A stretch of DNA of 18,861 nt from an uncultured Thermococci archaeon (GCA_964487115.1 CAZAPD010000006.1:1-18861); one strand, 5' to 3'; shown: positions 8,518 to 16,705, counted from the first letter of the stretch. A program made the numbers and translations. Notes: generated from the letters alone by a model not told the origin.

Positions 8518-10485
8518 TTAAACACCCTCGCACCATTTGCTAAAATCTATAACCGTCTTCAGACGGGCAGTTTCAACATCTATAATCGGAACTCTGCCCG
8601 GAGTAGGGACTATGTTGACCATCTTCTGGAATTCCGTCTGGGCCTGCCATGTGGCAGAATTGATAAGGAAGACTCCATGGTAGACCTGATACTGGAGAAC
8701 ATGCACATGTCCAGTATGGAAAAGATCAGGAACGCTTTCAATAACCAGAAGATCCTCAGGATCCGGGGCGATAGGAACTTTACCCCCAAATGTTGGGGCC
8801 AAGTGACGGAGCTTCAAGAGATTTACCATGGCCTCAGCAGGTCTGTGATGGCTCCGGTTCGGCACAAATGAGACAATGTCCTCAATTCCCCTCCCATGAT
8901 AAATCAGGAACTCCCTCCCATGAAGATCTATAACAGCAGGATTGCTTATAATCACAGCATTTTTAAGTTTAAATATTGGGCGAGCATACTCTTTATAGAA
9001 TCCCGGCTGGGGCAGTGCCATTCTCGCAGCGTCGTGGTTCCCGGGCCCTACGAACATTGTCATGTGGTCCGGAACATTTGCCAAGAGATTTGCCAAGGCT
9101 TCATACTGGTCAAAAATATCAGGAATATTTAACTCGCTGTATTGCCCAGGATAAATACCAACCCCATCAACGACATCGCCGTCTATTATGATGTATTTGA
9201 TTCTGCTCACTATTTCCTCCTCTTCCCTGCTGTTTACTTCACCGTTAAGCCATTCAAGAAACTTGATGAAGGCTTTTTCACAGAACTTGTTGCTCCCCAC
9301 ATGTATATCACTCAAAAGCACTGCATAGACCTTCTCATCGAGGGGGGGTTTATTACGCTTGTAAAGTGGCACATCAGGCAAGTAGATATTGTTGGCAAAG
9401 AGGATACCTTTTTTTGAATAGTATCCCTTGAAAGCAACCACCGCATCAGGAACTATATCGAAAACTTTTTTGTAATCCTCCTTATCCCTTCCTATAAAAA
9501 CCTTAATGGTTCCCGTTCCATCCTCAACCTCAAACATATAGCCTTTCCTTGTTTCTCGCTTTGAATTTATCAGCCCTATTATGGTAACCTCCCCTTCAGG
9601 AACGACATAATTGAGCTTTGCAATGTCAAGGACACCAGAAACTTCAGGATTTTCCCGGAGAATCTTTCTCATCTTCTTCATCCGGCTCTTGAAGTAGTTG
9701 GCATAAACCTGAACTATTATTTCACCCTCTTTGCCGTTTGCACTTTTTGCTTTTGGAGGCTTCAGTTTGATATCCTTCACATCGAACTTGATTTCATAAT
9801 CATCAGGAATTTCCTTTGCCTTAAATTTAAAATCTTTCCTTGGCTCAATGACGAGATCAGAATAAGTTGAATAGCTCCTCATTTCCTTTTCCGGAATTAT
9901 CTCCTCTTCCACAGACACCAAAACCCCGTAATCGCCATACACTGCCCTTGGGACCTCCTCCTCATCACCGTTTCCACTGGAAAATTCCGCCACAGAAGCT
10001 CCGGAATCCCCATTTTCCGAAGTTTCAGCCTCAAAAGACGGTTGCATATCGGAATCAGTTCCAGTGGAAATAGAACTCTCGCCCCCAACAACCAAGGATT
10101 TTACGTCCGTAGTTTCCCCATAACTGGAAAATAAAGATTGATTTTCTGGGGCAATTCCAGTGGAAATGCAACTTTCTTCCCCAGCAGTTTGAAGTCCCGC
10201 TGACTCAATACTTCCGAAAGTAGTGGGTGCAGTCAGATTTTCAGTGGAAGCTATGGATTGAACCTTCTTAATGCTCTCAAGTATCAAGGGCTCTGCTGTG
10301 AGTATGCCCTTTGATCTGAGAAATTCCTCTGCGAGTGTGTTATCTATCACGAATGTTTCCCGAGCTTTGGCAAATTTTATCAGCTCAGATAACACAAATT
10401 CCTTCTTATATTTATCCTGAAGGAGAAAATAAGCTGGGGGAGTTATCAGATATTTGTTCATCAGCAGATCCCTAATCAGATCCAT
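8518..10485 (-). CDS. polB: DNA polymerase D small (proofreading exonuclease) subunit DP1
   Basis: Calcineurin-like phosphoesterase motifs SDIHVG, GDVVDG, GNHD, HG and HTGHVH, an OB fold and a long acidic low-complexity linker. The start overlaps the cdc6 stop (TAATG). Confidence 0.97.
   Translation of the reverse strand: MDLIRDLLMNKYLITPPAYFLLQDKYKKEFVLSELIKFAKARETFVIDNTLAEEFLRSKGILTAEPLILESIKKVQSIASTENLTAPTTFGSIESAGLQTAGEESCISTGIAPENQSLFSSYGETTDVKSLVVGGESSISTGTDSDMQPSFEAETSENGDSGASVAEFSSGNGDEEEVPRAVYGDYGVLVSVEEEIIPEKEMRSYSTYSDLVIEPRKDFKFKAKEIPDDYEIKFDVKDIKLKPPKAKSANGKEGEIIVQVYANYFKSRMKKMRKILRENPEVSGVLDIAKLNYVVPEGEVTIIGLINSKRETRKGYMFEVEDGTGTIKVFIGRDKEDYKKVFDIVPDAVVAFKGYYSKKGILFANNIYLPDVPLYKRNKPPLDEKVYAVLLSDIHVGSNKFCEKAFIKFLEWLNGEVNSREEEEIVSRIKYIIIDGDVVDGVGIYPGQYSELNIPDIFDQYEALANLLANVPDHMTMFVGPGNHDAARMALPQPGFYKEYARPIFKLKNAVIISNPAVIDLHGREFLIYHGRGIEDIVSFVPNRSHHRPAEAMVNLLKLRHLAPTFGGKVPIAPDPEDLLVIESVPDLFHTGHVHVLQYQVYHGVFLINSATWQAQTEFQKMVNIVPTPGRVPIIDVETARLKTVIDFSKWCEGV
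9970..10250. repeat. Cluster of ORB/mini-ORB-like repeats inside the DP1 coding linker
   Basis: TTTCCACTGGAAA 9971-9983, GTTCCAGTGGAAATAGAACTC 10058-10078, TTCCAGTGGAAATGCAACT 10155-10173 and TTTCAGTGGAAG 10239-10250. Confidence 0.8.
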
Positions 10486-11732
10486 TAAAGCAGCCTCCTC
10501 TGGGGGGACATGTTAACAGTTAGCAGAGATTGAAGCTGGCTATCATGACGATATATGTTCTTGACTTTATAAGGTGTTATGTTCAACCGAATTTCTTTAG
10601 TCCTTCCGTAGCGTCCTTTACTAACCACCTTAGCATTGATGATGCCCAGCATATCAAGCTCATTGATTAAGTCACTGATCCTCCGCTGTGTCAGAGGTTC
10701 AAGGTCGATATAGTCACAGAGACTTTTATAAACAGAATACACATCCCCAGTGTTAGCAGGCAACTCCCCATTTTCATCCAACAGCACAATGGAATAAAGG
10801 AGCACCTTTGAATGTAGGGGGAGAGTCTTTATGACTTCCTCCATTGTATCCTGTTCGATTTTTTCTTGGGCTTTCCATACATGCCTCTCAGTGACCTTCG
10901 GAGCACCTTCCCTCTCCGCGATTTCACCACTGACCCTGAGGAGGTCAAGGGCTCTCCTTGCATCCCCATGTTCTCTCGCAGCAAGCGCTGCACAGAGGGG
11001 AACAACCCCTGTATCAAGGACATCTTCATAGAAGGCATCTTTAGCTCTCTGAAGAAGTATATCCCTCAGCTGAGTTGCATCATATGGGGGAAAGACTACC
11101 TCTTCTTCACTCAGACTTGAAAGAACTCTCGGATCAAGGTAATCTTTAAATTTGAGGTCGTTTGAGATACCGATTATACTAACCTTTGCGTTTATCAGCT
11201 CGGAATTTATTCTTGTTAAACTGTAAAGAACATCGTCCCCACTCTTTTTTATGAGCTTGTCAATTTCATCAAGAACTATGATCACGAAGCGCTCTTGGGC
11301 ATCCACAACCTCCCGTAACTTTGCATAAACCTCGTCCGTTGGCCATCCAACCAAGGGGACTTCCACACCACTTTCTTCCTTGAAATAATTTACGATGTTG
11401 GCTAAAACCCGGTACTGAGTATCGACTATCTCACAGTTGACATAGATAACATCGACAGGAACATCATGTTTATCAGATATTCTTTTTAATTCCTCAGTTA
11501 CAAACTTAATCGTCACAGTTTTACCTGTCCCAGTTTTACCGTATACAAACACATTTGACGGTGTTTCTCCCCTGAGGACAGGAACCAGTATGTGGGCCAG
11601 ATTTTCAATCTGCTCCCTCCTGTGGGGCAACTCCTTAGGAGTATAACTGTGTCTCAGCACTTCTTTGTTCTTGAATATTTTGCGTGCATGAAGATATTTT
11701 TCAAAGATTGAACCCAGATAGTTCTCTTCCAC
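10485..11732 (-). CDS. cdc6: Orc1/Cdc6 replication initiator (AAA+ ATPase plus winged helix)
   Basis: Walker A GKTGTGKT, Walker B IIVLDEID, sensor HGDARRALDLLR and wH motif SKGRYGRT. GTG start with GGAGGGA RBS. Confidence 0.98.
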   Translation of the reverse strand: MEENYLGSIFEKYLHARKIFKNKEVLRHSYTPKELPHRREQIENLAHILVPVLRGETPSNVFVYGKTGTGKTVTIKFVTEELKRISDKHDVPVDVIYVNCEIVDTQYRVLANIVNYFKEESGVEVPLVGWPTDEVYAKLREVVDAQERFVIIVLDEIDKLIKKSGDDVLYSLTRINSELINAKVSIIGISNDLKFKDYLDPRVLSSLSEEEVVFPPYDATQLRDILLQRAKDAFYEDVLDTGVVPLCAALAAREHGDARRALDLLRVSGEIAEREGAPKVTERHVWKAQEKIEQDTMEEVIKTLPLHSKVLLYSIVLLDENGELPANTGDVYSVYKSLCDYIDLEPLTQRRISDLINELDMLGIINAKVVSKGRYGRTKEIRLNITPYKVKNIYRHDSQLQSLLTVNMSPQRRLL

Positions 11733-11740
11733 ACCGATCC

Positions 11741-11908
11741 CTCCACTGGAAATGTAGGAGTATGTTGTACATTTTGATACTTTTAATTTATATATTGTAA
11801 ATATTAAACCATTATGTTTAAAAATTTAAAACATAAAGTGCATGTAATATACTATATATAGTACAATATGGCAAATTTTCCAGAGGAACCACATGATCCA
11901 CAGGAAAC
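11741..11908. repeat. Mini-ORBs in the cdc6 leader, flanking an AT-rich tract
   Basis: CTCCACTGGAAAT 11741-11753, TTCCAGAGGAA 11878-11888 and TCCACAGGAAAC 11897-11908. The intervening line 11761-11820 has 9 G+C in 60 nt. Confidence 0.7.
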
Positions 11909-11934
11909 TGCAATACTAAGGTAATCTCAAGTGG

Positions 11935-11946
11935 TTTATATGCTTT
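11935..11946 (-). promoter_or_regulatory. Candidate BRE/TATA for the cdc6-DP1-DP2 operon
   Basis: Minus strand reads AAAGCATATAAA. Other TATA-like tracts near 11785-11797 are possible alternatives. Confidence 0.45.
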
Positions 11947-12000
11947 GCTGAACACGGTCATGTAAAAAAGAATGTCGGACAAAATATAAAAGAGGCAAGT

Positions 12001-12627
12001 TTAGAAGTATCCCACATCATCATCTGCATTCTTTTTTGATTCCATAGCACTAAAAATCTGATTCAGAAGTGCTTCTGCATCTTCTTTACTCATTCCGACC
12101 TTTACCACCAAGAAATCCACGAGTTCTCTTTTCGTCGCACCTTTTTCTATTCGTTCTATTATCATACCAATCACATGTTCAAACACAGACTGAGCAAAGT
12201 CTTCTTCAAGACCAAGAGCATGGATAACTTCATTTATACCCAGCAGTAAAACTGTCAACGCGTCATTAAATTCGTCCCGCCCCAGGGTTTTCCTATCCAA
12301 ATCAACCCTGAGCATTATTTCATCATTCATCCCACTTAACGTGAATTTTAATAAGTTGAGATTATCATTCAAGCGAAGAAGTGTATGATAAATTTTTAGC
12401 CTTTCATCGGTTGAAAGGGTCAATGTGTCCATGCCCAAAGGAACAATGAGATGAACAAATCCTTCACTAAATACCAGATTGAGTACAAAAGGCATTTTTG
12501 GATATTCAGCTATATACTTGCCCGGACCAATCCTATTAACCGTCCAAGGAAAATCAATAATATCCCGAGCATTGTCCTGCCCCTCTCGAAGCCAAGTTAT
12601 AATCTTCCTCTCCAAATCACCTTCCAC
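12001..12627 (-). CDS. Hypothetical origin-adjacent protein (possible YbjN/CesT-like chaperone fold plus C-terminal helical domain)
   Basis: ORF with natural composition, including YHTLLRLNDNLNLLKFTL...IMLRVDL, which resembles YbjN-type domains. Start placed at GTG 12627 behind a GGTGAT RBS rather than at 12660. Confidence 0.75.
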   Translation of the reverse strand: MEGDLERKIITWLREGQDNARDIIDFPWTVNRIGPGKYIAEYPKMPFVLNLVFSEGFVHLIVPLGMDTLTLSTDERLKIYHTLLRLNDNLNLLKFTLSGMNDEIMLRVDLDRKTLGRDEFNDALTVLLLGINEVIHALGLEEDFAQSVFEHVIGMIIERIEKGATKRELVDFLVVKVGMSKEDAEALLNQIFSAMESKKNADDDVGYF

Positions 12628-12868
12628 TGGAATCACCATAAGCATTTGGCAGTAGTCCATTAAAACATTATGTTTCCATATGAAATTCCACGGCCATTAT
12701 GAACAGTAATATACATCATATGTTGACATAATAAATGAACAATGGGTATTTCCATTGAAAGATCTATGCACTACTCTGGCTATCCATTTATGCGCGTCAA
12801 TGATACAACACATACATTTTAGTTAAGGGTTTATGTTAACCTTAGGATGGATAATCAAACAAAAATGA

Positions 12869-12897
12869 CCCCGGGGGAGTTTTATTTCCACTGGAAC
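12869..12897 (-). repeat. Full origin recognition box (left ORB)
   Basis: Minus strand reads GTTCCAGTGGAAATAAAACTCCCCCGGGG, a dyad core followed by a G-string. Confidence 0.9.
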
Positions 12898-12949
12898 CTG
12901 ATTAATGCTACACTCCATCCATCCGATTTTCACTGGTGTAAACACTCCC

Positions 12950-13150
12950 ATTTTCTATACATTTACTACTATATATATGTTTCTATGAACGCATATATAA
13001 AGAATAATATAATAATTGCAACAGTTTTATAAAATTTCCAATGTTGATTTAAAAATATGTGGAAAAATATCTATTTGCTGTGTGTAATATCCTTTATAAG
13101 GATCTGTTTCTAAATACAAACCTACGATACCAATCCATTTTTCCAAATCT
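12950..13150. other. AT-rich DNA unwinding element
   Basis: Lies between the inverted ORBs. Line 12961-13020 has 11 G+C in 60 nt, with ATATATAT tracts. Confidence 0.8.
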
Positions 13151-13153
13151 CGT

Positions 13154-13179
13154 CTCCAGTGGAAATAAAACTCTGGGGG
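13154..13179 (+). repeat. Full origin recognition box (right ORB)
   Basis: CTCCAGTGGAAATAAAACTCTGGGGG shares TCCAGTGGAAATAAAACTC with the left ORB in inverted orientation. Confidence 0.92.
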
Positions 13180-13202
13180 ATCTTTAAAATATTCATCGAA
13201 AT

Positions 13203-13223
13203 GGGCCTCTGTTTCCACTGGAC
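13203..13223 (-). repeat. Mini-ORB
   Basis: Minus strand reads GTCCAGTGGAAACAGAGGCCC. Confidence 0.75.
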
Positions 13224-13311
13224 TATACAGTACGTTTATGTGTCTAAACATGCATCAATGCGCTGTAGTACTACCATCACATTTAAAATGTATGTCGAGG
13301 ACATCATTAAC

Positions 13312-14325
13312 ATGATACCAGTACCGCTTGTTAGAAGGCTCATAAGAGTAAAGGTGAAGGTGAGAAGAAGCAAATTCCTCGTGATAGCAACGGTTGTAGT
13401 GTTCCTAGCTTTTATATTCTCTCTCCTCTTCATGTATTTTGAGAGAATATCGTTTTTTGATGCTCTCTACTGGGCTATTATAACAATGGCCACGATTGGC
13501 TATGGAGATGTAACTCCTCTGACTGAAGGTGGAAAAATTGTTGCGATGATGGCCGCGGTTGCTGGAATATCTACATTTACAGCTCTTATATCTCTTCTTG
13601 CTGAATCGTTTATATCTTCATCTATAAGGAGGATGATGGGAATGCACAGAATCAATTTTAAGATGCACTATGTTATTATAGGGGAAGGGGGCAGTGTTGC
13701 GAGCTGTGTAGATGAACTGAGGGCTGCGATTGCCTCGGGGCAGGCTGCAGATGGTGGGATTGTTGTTCTTCTGCCGAATGAAGAGGAAAAGAAAAAACTG
13801 GAGCTTCCCGATGATATCGAGATTTTGGTGGGAGATCCAACTAACAAAGAAACTCTTCATCGTGCTGGAGTTCAAAATGCTTCCCACGTTATCCTTGCTC
13901 TCGAAGATGATTCCAAGGCAGTGTTTGTCACGCTTCTCATTAAAAATCTCTCACAGGCCCGGGTATTTGTGGAAGTACTCAAGGAGGAAAGCGTCGAGTT
14001 GCTTAAACAGGCGGGTGCTGATAGGGTGATTACCAGCAGAAGCCTTGCAGGACGTCTACTTGCAAGTGCAATATTTGAGCCTGAAGCTGTTGATGTTATA
14101 GATGACCTGACAACCTCTTCCAGAGGTTATGATATCACTGTCATGCATCTGCCAGAGATATGGGGAATGAAATATCGGGATGCTTTTGAACGGCTTTACC
14201 TCAAGGGATTGTTTTTGATAGGATACTCAAAAGACAACATCCGATTGGTGCCGGGACTGGATGAATCCATCCCAGAAGGTGCGAAGGGTATAGTAATCAA
14301 AGCCTCTGTTCCTGATGGGAAGTAG
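13312..14325 (+). CDS. Potassium channel, 2TM pore plus RCK/TrkA-N domain (MthK-like)
   Basis: Pore helix and filter DALYWAIITMATIGYGD, and RCK motifs GDPT...AG and AGADRVI. Start moved to ATG 13312 because the ORF-track start at 13159 lies inside the ORB. Confidence 0.92.
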   Translation: MIPVPLVRRLIRVKVKVRRSKFLVIATVVVFLAFIFSLLFMYFERISFFDALYWAIITMATIGYGDVTPLTEGGKIVAMMAAVAGISTFTALISLLAESFISSSIRRMMGMHRINFKMHYVIIGEGGSVASCVDELRAAIASGQAADGGIVVLLPNEEEKKKLELPDDIEILVGDPTNKETLHRAGVQNASHVILALEDDSKAVFVTLLIKNLSQARVFVEVLKEESVELLKQAGADRVITSRSLAGRLLASAIFEPEAVDVIDDLTTSSRGYDITVMHLPEIWGMKYRDAFERLYLKGLFLIGYSKDNIRLVPGLDESIPEGAKGIVIKASVPDGK

Positions 14326-14338
14326 TTTGTTTCTGCAG

Positions 14339-14360
14339 GTTTTCTGGGTTTTTTATTTTA
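14339..14360 (+). terminator. Possible oligo-T terminator after the channel gene
   Basis: T-rich tract TTTTCTGGGTTTTTTATTTT shortly after the stop codon. Confidence 0.4.
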
Positions 14361-14415
14361 TACGCACACTGTGTTTTCTGCTAATCTCGCTCAGCTGTTC
14401 TCTATATCTCTGGGA

Positions 14416-14428
14416 GAAAAGTATATAA
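14416..14428 (+). promoter_or_regulatory. BRE/TATA promoter of radA
   Basis: GAAAAGTATATAA ends about 46 nt upstream of ATG 14475. Confidence 0.7.
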
Positions 14429-14474
14429 CCCTCAGATTTTTACTCTAATCAGCAGTATGTTCGTGGGTGGGAGT

Positions 14475-15542
14475 ATGGCGAAGAAAAAGAAGGTTGGAGA
14501 TGAAATAAAAGAGCTGGAAGAGTTTGAAGAACTTGAAATTCAGGATGATCTCGGTCAAAGGGTTCCTAAAAAGAAAAAGAAAGAGAAAACTGTGGCTATG
14601 TTGGAGGATTTGCCCGGGGTTGGTCCTGCCACTGCCGAGAAGCTTCGTGAGGCAGGATATGACAGCATCGAAGCAATAGCTGTTGCATCACCAATGGAGC
14701 TCAAAGAAATTGCAGGAATAAGTGAGGGCGCCGCTTTAAAGATTATTCAAGCCGCGAGAGAGGCGGCCAACATTGGAACATTTATGAGGGCGGATGAGTA
14801 CTATGAACGAAGAAAAACTATAGGTCGGATAACTACTGGGAGTAAATCACTCGACAAGCTCCTTGGTGGGGGAATCGAGACGCAGGCTATAACAGAGTTC
14901 TTTGGTGAGTTCGGTTCTGGAAAATCTCAGACAGCTCACACACTTGCTGTTACTGCCCAATTACCACCAGAAGAAGGGGGACTGAATGGTTCGGTTATAT
15001 GGATTGACACCGAGAATACATTTAGGCCTGAAAGAATAAGACAGATAGCTGAAAATAGGGGTCTTGACCCGGACGATGTTCTAAAGCATATATATGTTGC
15101 ACGGGCATACAACTCGAATCACCAGATGCTCCTGATTGAAAAGGCAGAGGAAATAATTAAAGAGAAAATGGATAGCGACAAGCCTGTTAAGCTCATAATA
15201 ATCGACTCTCTAATGGCCCACTTCAGGGCAGAATATGTCGGCAGAGGATCTCTGGCAGAGAGACAGCAGAAGCTCGCTAAGCATCTGGCAGATATTCACA
15301 GAGTTGCAAATCTTTATGACGTTGCAGTGTTTGTCACAAATCAGGTTCAGGCCAAGCCAGATGCCTTCTTTGGAGACCCCACAAGACCTATTGGTGGCCA
15401 TATTTTGGCACATTCAGCTACTGTCAGAATTTACCTTAGGAAAGGGAAGGCAGGAAAGAGGGTGGCAAGGCTCATCGATGCTCCTCATCTTCCAGAAGGT
15501 GAAGCAATCTTTCGGATAACTGAGAAAGGTATTGAAGATTAA
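14475..15542 (+). CDS. radA: DNA repair and recombination protein RadA (no intein)
   Basis: Hh[16 protein letters not shown], FxxA motif FMRA, Walker [20 protein letters not shown] and [10 protein letters not shown]. Start at 14475 follows a GGGTGGGAG RBS, and 14457 is an alternative. Confidence 0.98.
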   Translation: MAKKKKVGDEIKELEEFEELEIQDDLGQRVPKKKKKEKTVAMLEDLPGVGPATAEKLREAGYDSIEAIAVASPMELKEIAGISEGAALKIIQAAREAANIGTFMRADEYYERRKTIGRITTGSKSLDKLLGGGIETQAITEFFGEFGSGKSQTAHTLAVTAQLPPEEGGLNGSVIWIDTENTFRPERIRQIAENRGLDPDDVLKHIYVARAYNSNHQMLLIEKAEEIIKEKMDSDKPVKLIIIDSLMAHFRAEYVGRGSLAERQQKLAKHLADIHRVANLYDVAVFVTNQVQAKPDAFFGDPTRPIGGHILAHSATVRIYLRKGKAGKRVARLIDAPHLPEGEAIFRITEKGIED

Positions 15543-15552
15543 GCTTTTTAAC
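15541..15552 (+). promoter_or_regulatory. Candidate internal promoter for nucS
   Basis: AAGCTTTTTAAC sits right after the radA stop, about 23 nt before ATG 15575, and nucS has no clear RBS. It could instead be a T-tract terminator. Confidence 0.4.
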
Positions 15553-15574
15553 TGATTTTCTCTTACTTTTCGTG

Positions 15575-16327
15575 ATGCCAAAGGTTGAAGCAAAAACAAA
15601 TCCCGCTCCAGCGGAAATTTTGGATATCCTCTACAGAGCCTTGGCGAGTGAGGCTATTCTAACATTATTTGCTCACTGCAGGGTTCATTATGATGGAAGA
15701 GCCAAAAGTGAGCTTGGTCCCGGAGATAGAGTTATTATAATTAAACCCGATGGCTCTTTTTTAATTCATCAAAAGAATAAGCGTGAGCCAGTCAACTGGC
15801 AACCTCCTGGCAGCATGGTAAGTTTTTCCCTTGAGGATAATGTGGTAAAGCTGAGAAGTGTAAGGAGAAAGCCTAAAGAAATTCTTGAAGTTGAACTCTT
15901 GGAGACTTACTTAGTCTCTTATTTTCAAGCTGAAGACTATGAGGAGCTTGCCCTCACTGGAAGTGAAGCTGAAATGGCCGATTTAATCTTTGAAAATCCT
16001 GAACTGATTGAGGAAGGCTTCAAACCGCTATTCAGGGAGAAGCAAATAAAACATGGCATCGTCGATATTCTCGGCAAGGATAAAGAGGGTAATATTGTTG
16101 TTCTTGAGCTTAAACGCAGAAGAGCTGATCTCCATGCCGTAAGCCAGCTGAAGAGATATGTGGATACCCTAAGTGAGGAATACGGCCATGTGCGTGGAAT
16201 TCTTGTAGCTCCATCTCTGACATCTGGAGCAAAGAAACTACTCTTGGCTGAAGGATTGGAATTTAAGAAGGTTGAACCACCGAAGATGGGAAAAAAGAAA
16301 ACAGGACGTCAAAAAACGCTGTTTTAA
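15575..16327 (+). CDS. nucS: Endonuclease NucS/EndoMS (mismatch-specific)
   Basis: Motifs YDGRAKS, KPDGSFLIH, PVNWQPPG, and RecB-type nuclease VDILG...ELKR...QLKRY. C-terminal PIP-like QKTLF. GTG at 15572 is an alternative start. Confidence 0.96.
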   Translation: MPKVEAKTNPAPAEILDILYRALASEAILTLFAHCRVHYDGRAKSELGPGDRVIIIKPDGSFLIHQKNKREPVNWQPPGSMVSFSLEDNVVKLRSVRRKPKEILEVELLETYLVSYFQAEDYEELALTGSEAEMADLIFENPELIEEGFKPLFREKQIKHGIVDILGKDKEGNIVVLELKRRRADLHAVSQLKRYVDTLSEEYGHVRGILVAPSLTSGAKKLLLAEGLEFKKVEPPKMGKKKTGRQKTLF

Positions 16328-16705
16328 CTAACCCATTCTCATCTCATGAGGTAGCATCTCTCTTACCTTTGCCCGGATTATGCCATCTCTTTCTATTTCA
16401 ATAACCTTTCCAAGCCCGAGGAGTTTCAGCTGAAGTCTTACAATCGTCTGCTCTCTTTCATCGCTTTCCTCCCATAAGATTCTTTGGTCCATCTCTTCGA
16501 ATTTTAGAATTTCAGCTATTAGGCCTTCTGTTCCTCTTGTAACATCATGAAAGGTTTCGTAGGTTAGAAAAACGGTTTTTTGTTTGTGCATGTTCTCTAA
16601 AGCCTCTATGTTTCTTGCACTTCTTAGCTCAATTGTTTTATAAGGACTTCTCAAGAGATCATCGAGAACCCTCTTGGAGATTCCAGTGAGAACTATAACT
16701 TCCAT
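16328..16705 (-). CDS. DUF473-like protein (probable PbaA partner)
   Basis: 125 aa with LTGIS...KTIELRSARN and VFLT motifs, and a GAGGTGA RBS. Lies directly downstream of the PAC2-family gene. Confidence 0.8.
   Translation of the reverse strand: MEVIVLTGISKRVLDDLLRSPYKTIELRSARNIEALENMHKQKTVFLTYETFHDVTRGTEGLIAEILKFEEMDQRILWEESDEREQTIVRLQLKLLGLGKVIEIERDGIIRAKVREMLPHEMRMG

Larger units (their letters stand above)
12660..13260. other. Chromosomal replication origin oriC
   Basis: Intergenic region near cdc6 with two inverted full ORBs bracketing an AT-rich element. Additional mini-ORBs lie at 12749-12760, 12927-12937 and 13203-13223. Confidence 0.92.

Noticed and set aside
3319..11120. Numerous short antisense or alternate-frame ORFs over polC, polB and cdc6
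   Set aside because: These are shadow ORFs of strongly conserved genes with no recognisable motifs.
9970..13223. Recurring TTCCA...TGGAA repeats as a CRISPR array
   Set aside because: Spacing is irregular, orientations are mixed, there is no repeat-spacer periodicity and no cas genes. The repeats match ORBs.
12847..13251. ORFs 12847-13032(+) and 13027-13251(-) sharing the peptide EFYFHW
   Set aside because: The shared peptide is the translation of the two inverted ORBs. The region is the non-coding origin.
13159..13311. 51-aa N-terminal extension of the K+ channel
   Set aside because: It starts at a GTG inside the ORB and runs through origin repeats. ATG 13312 gives a normal 337-aa channel.
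15954..16692. Partial ORB-like matches TCACTGGAAG (15954-15963) and TTCCAGTGAG (16681-16690)
   Set aside because: These are incomplete dyads within coding sequence and are compatible with chance.
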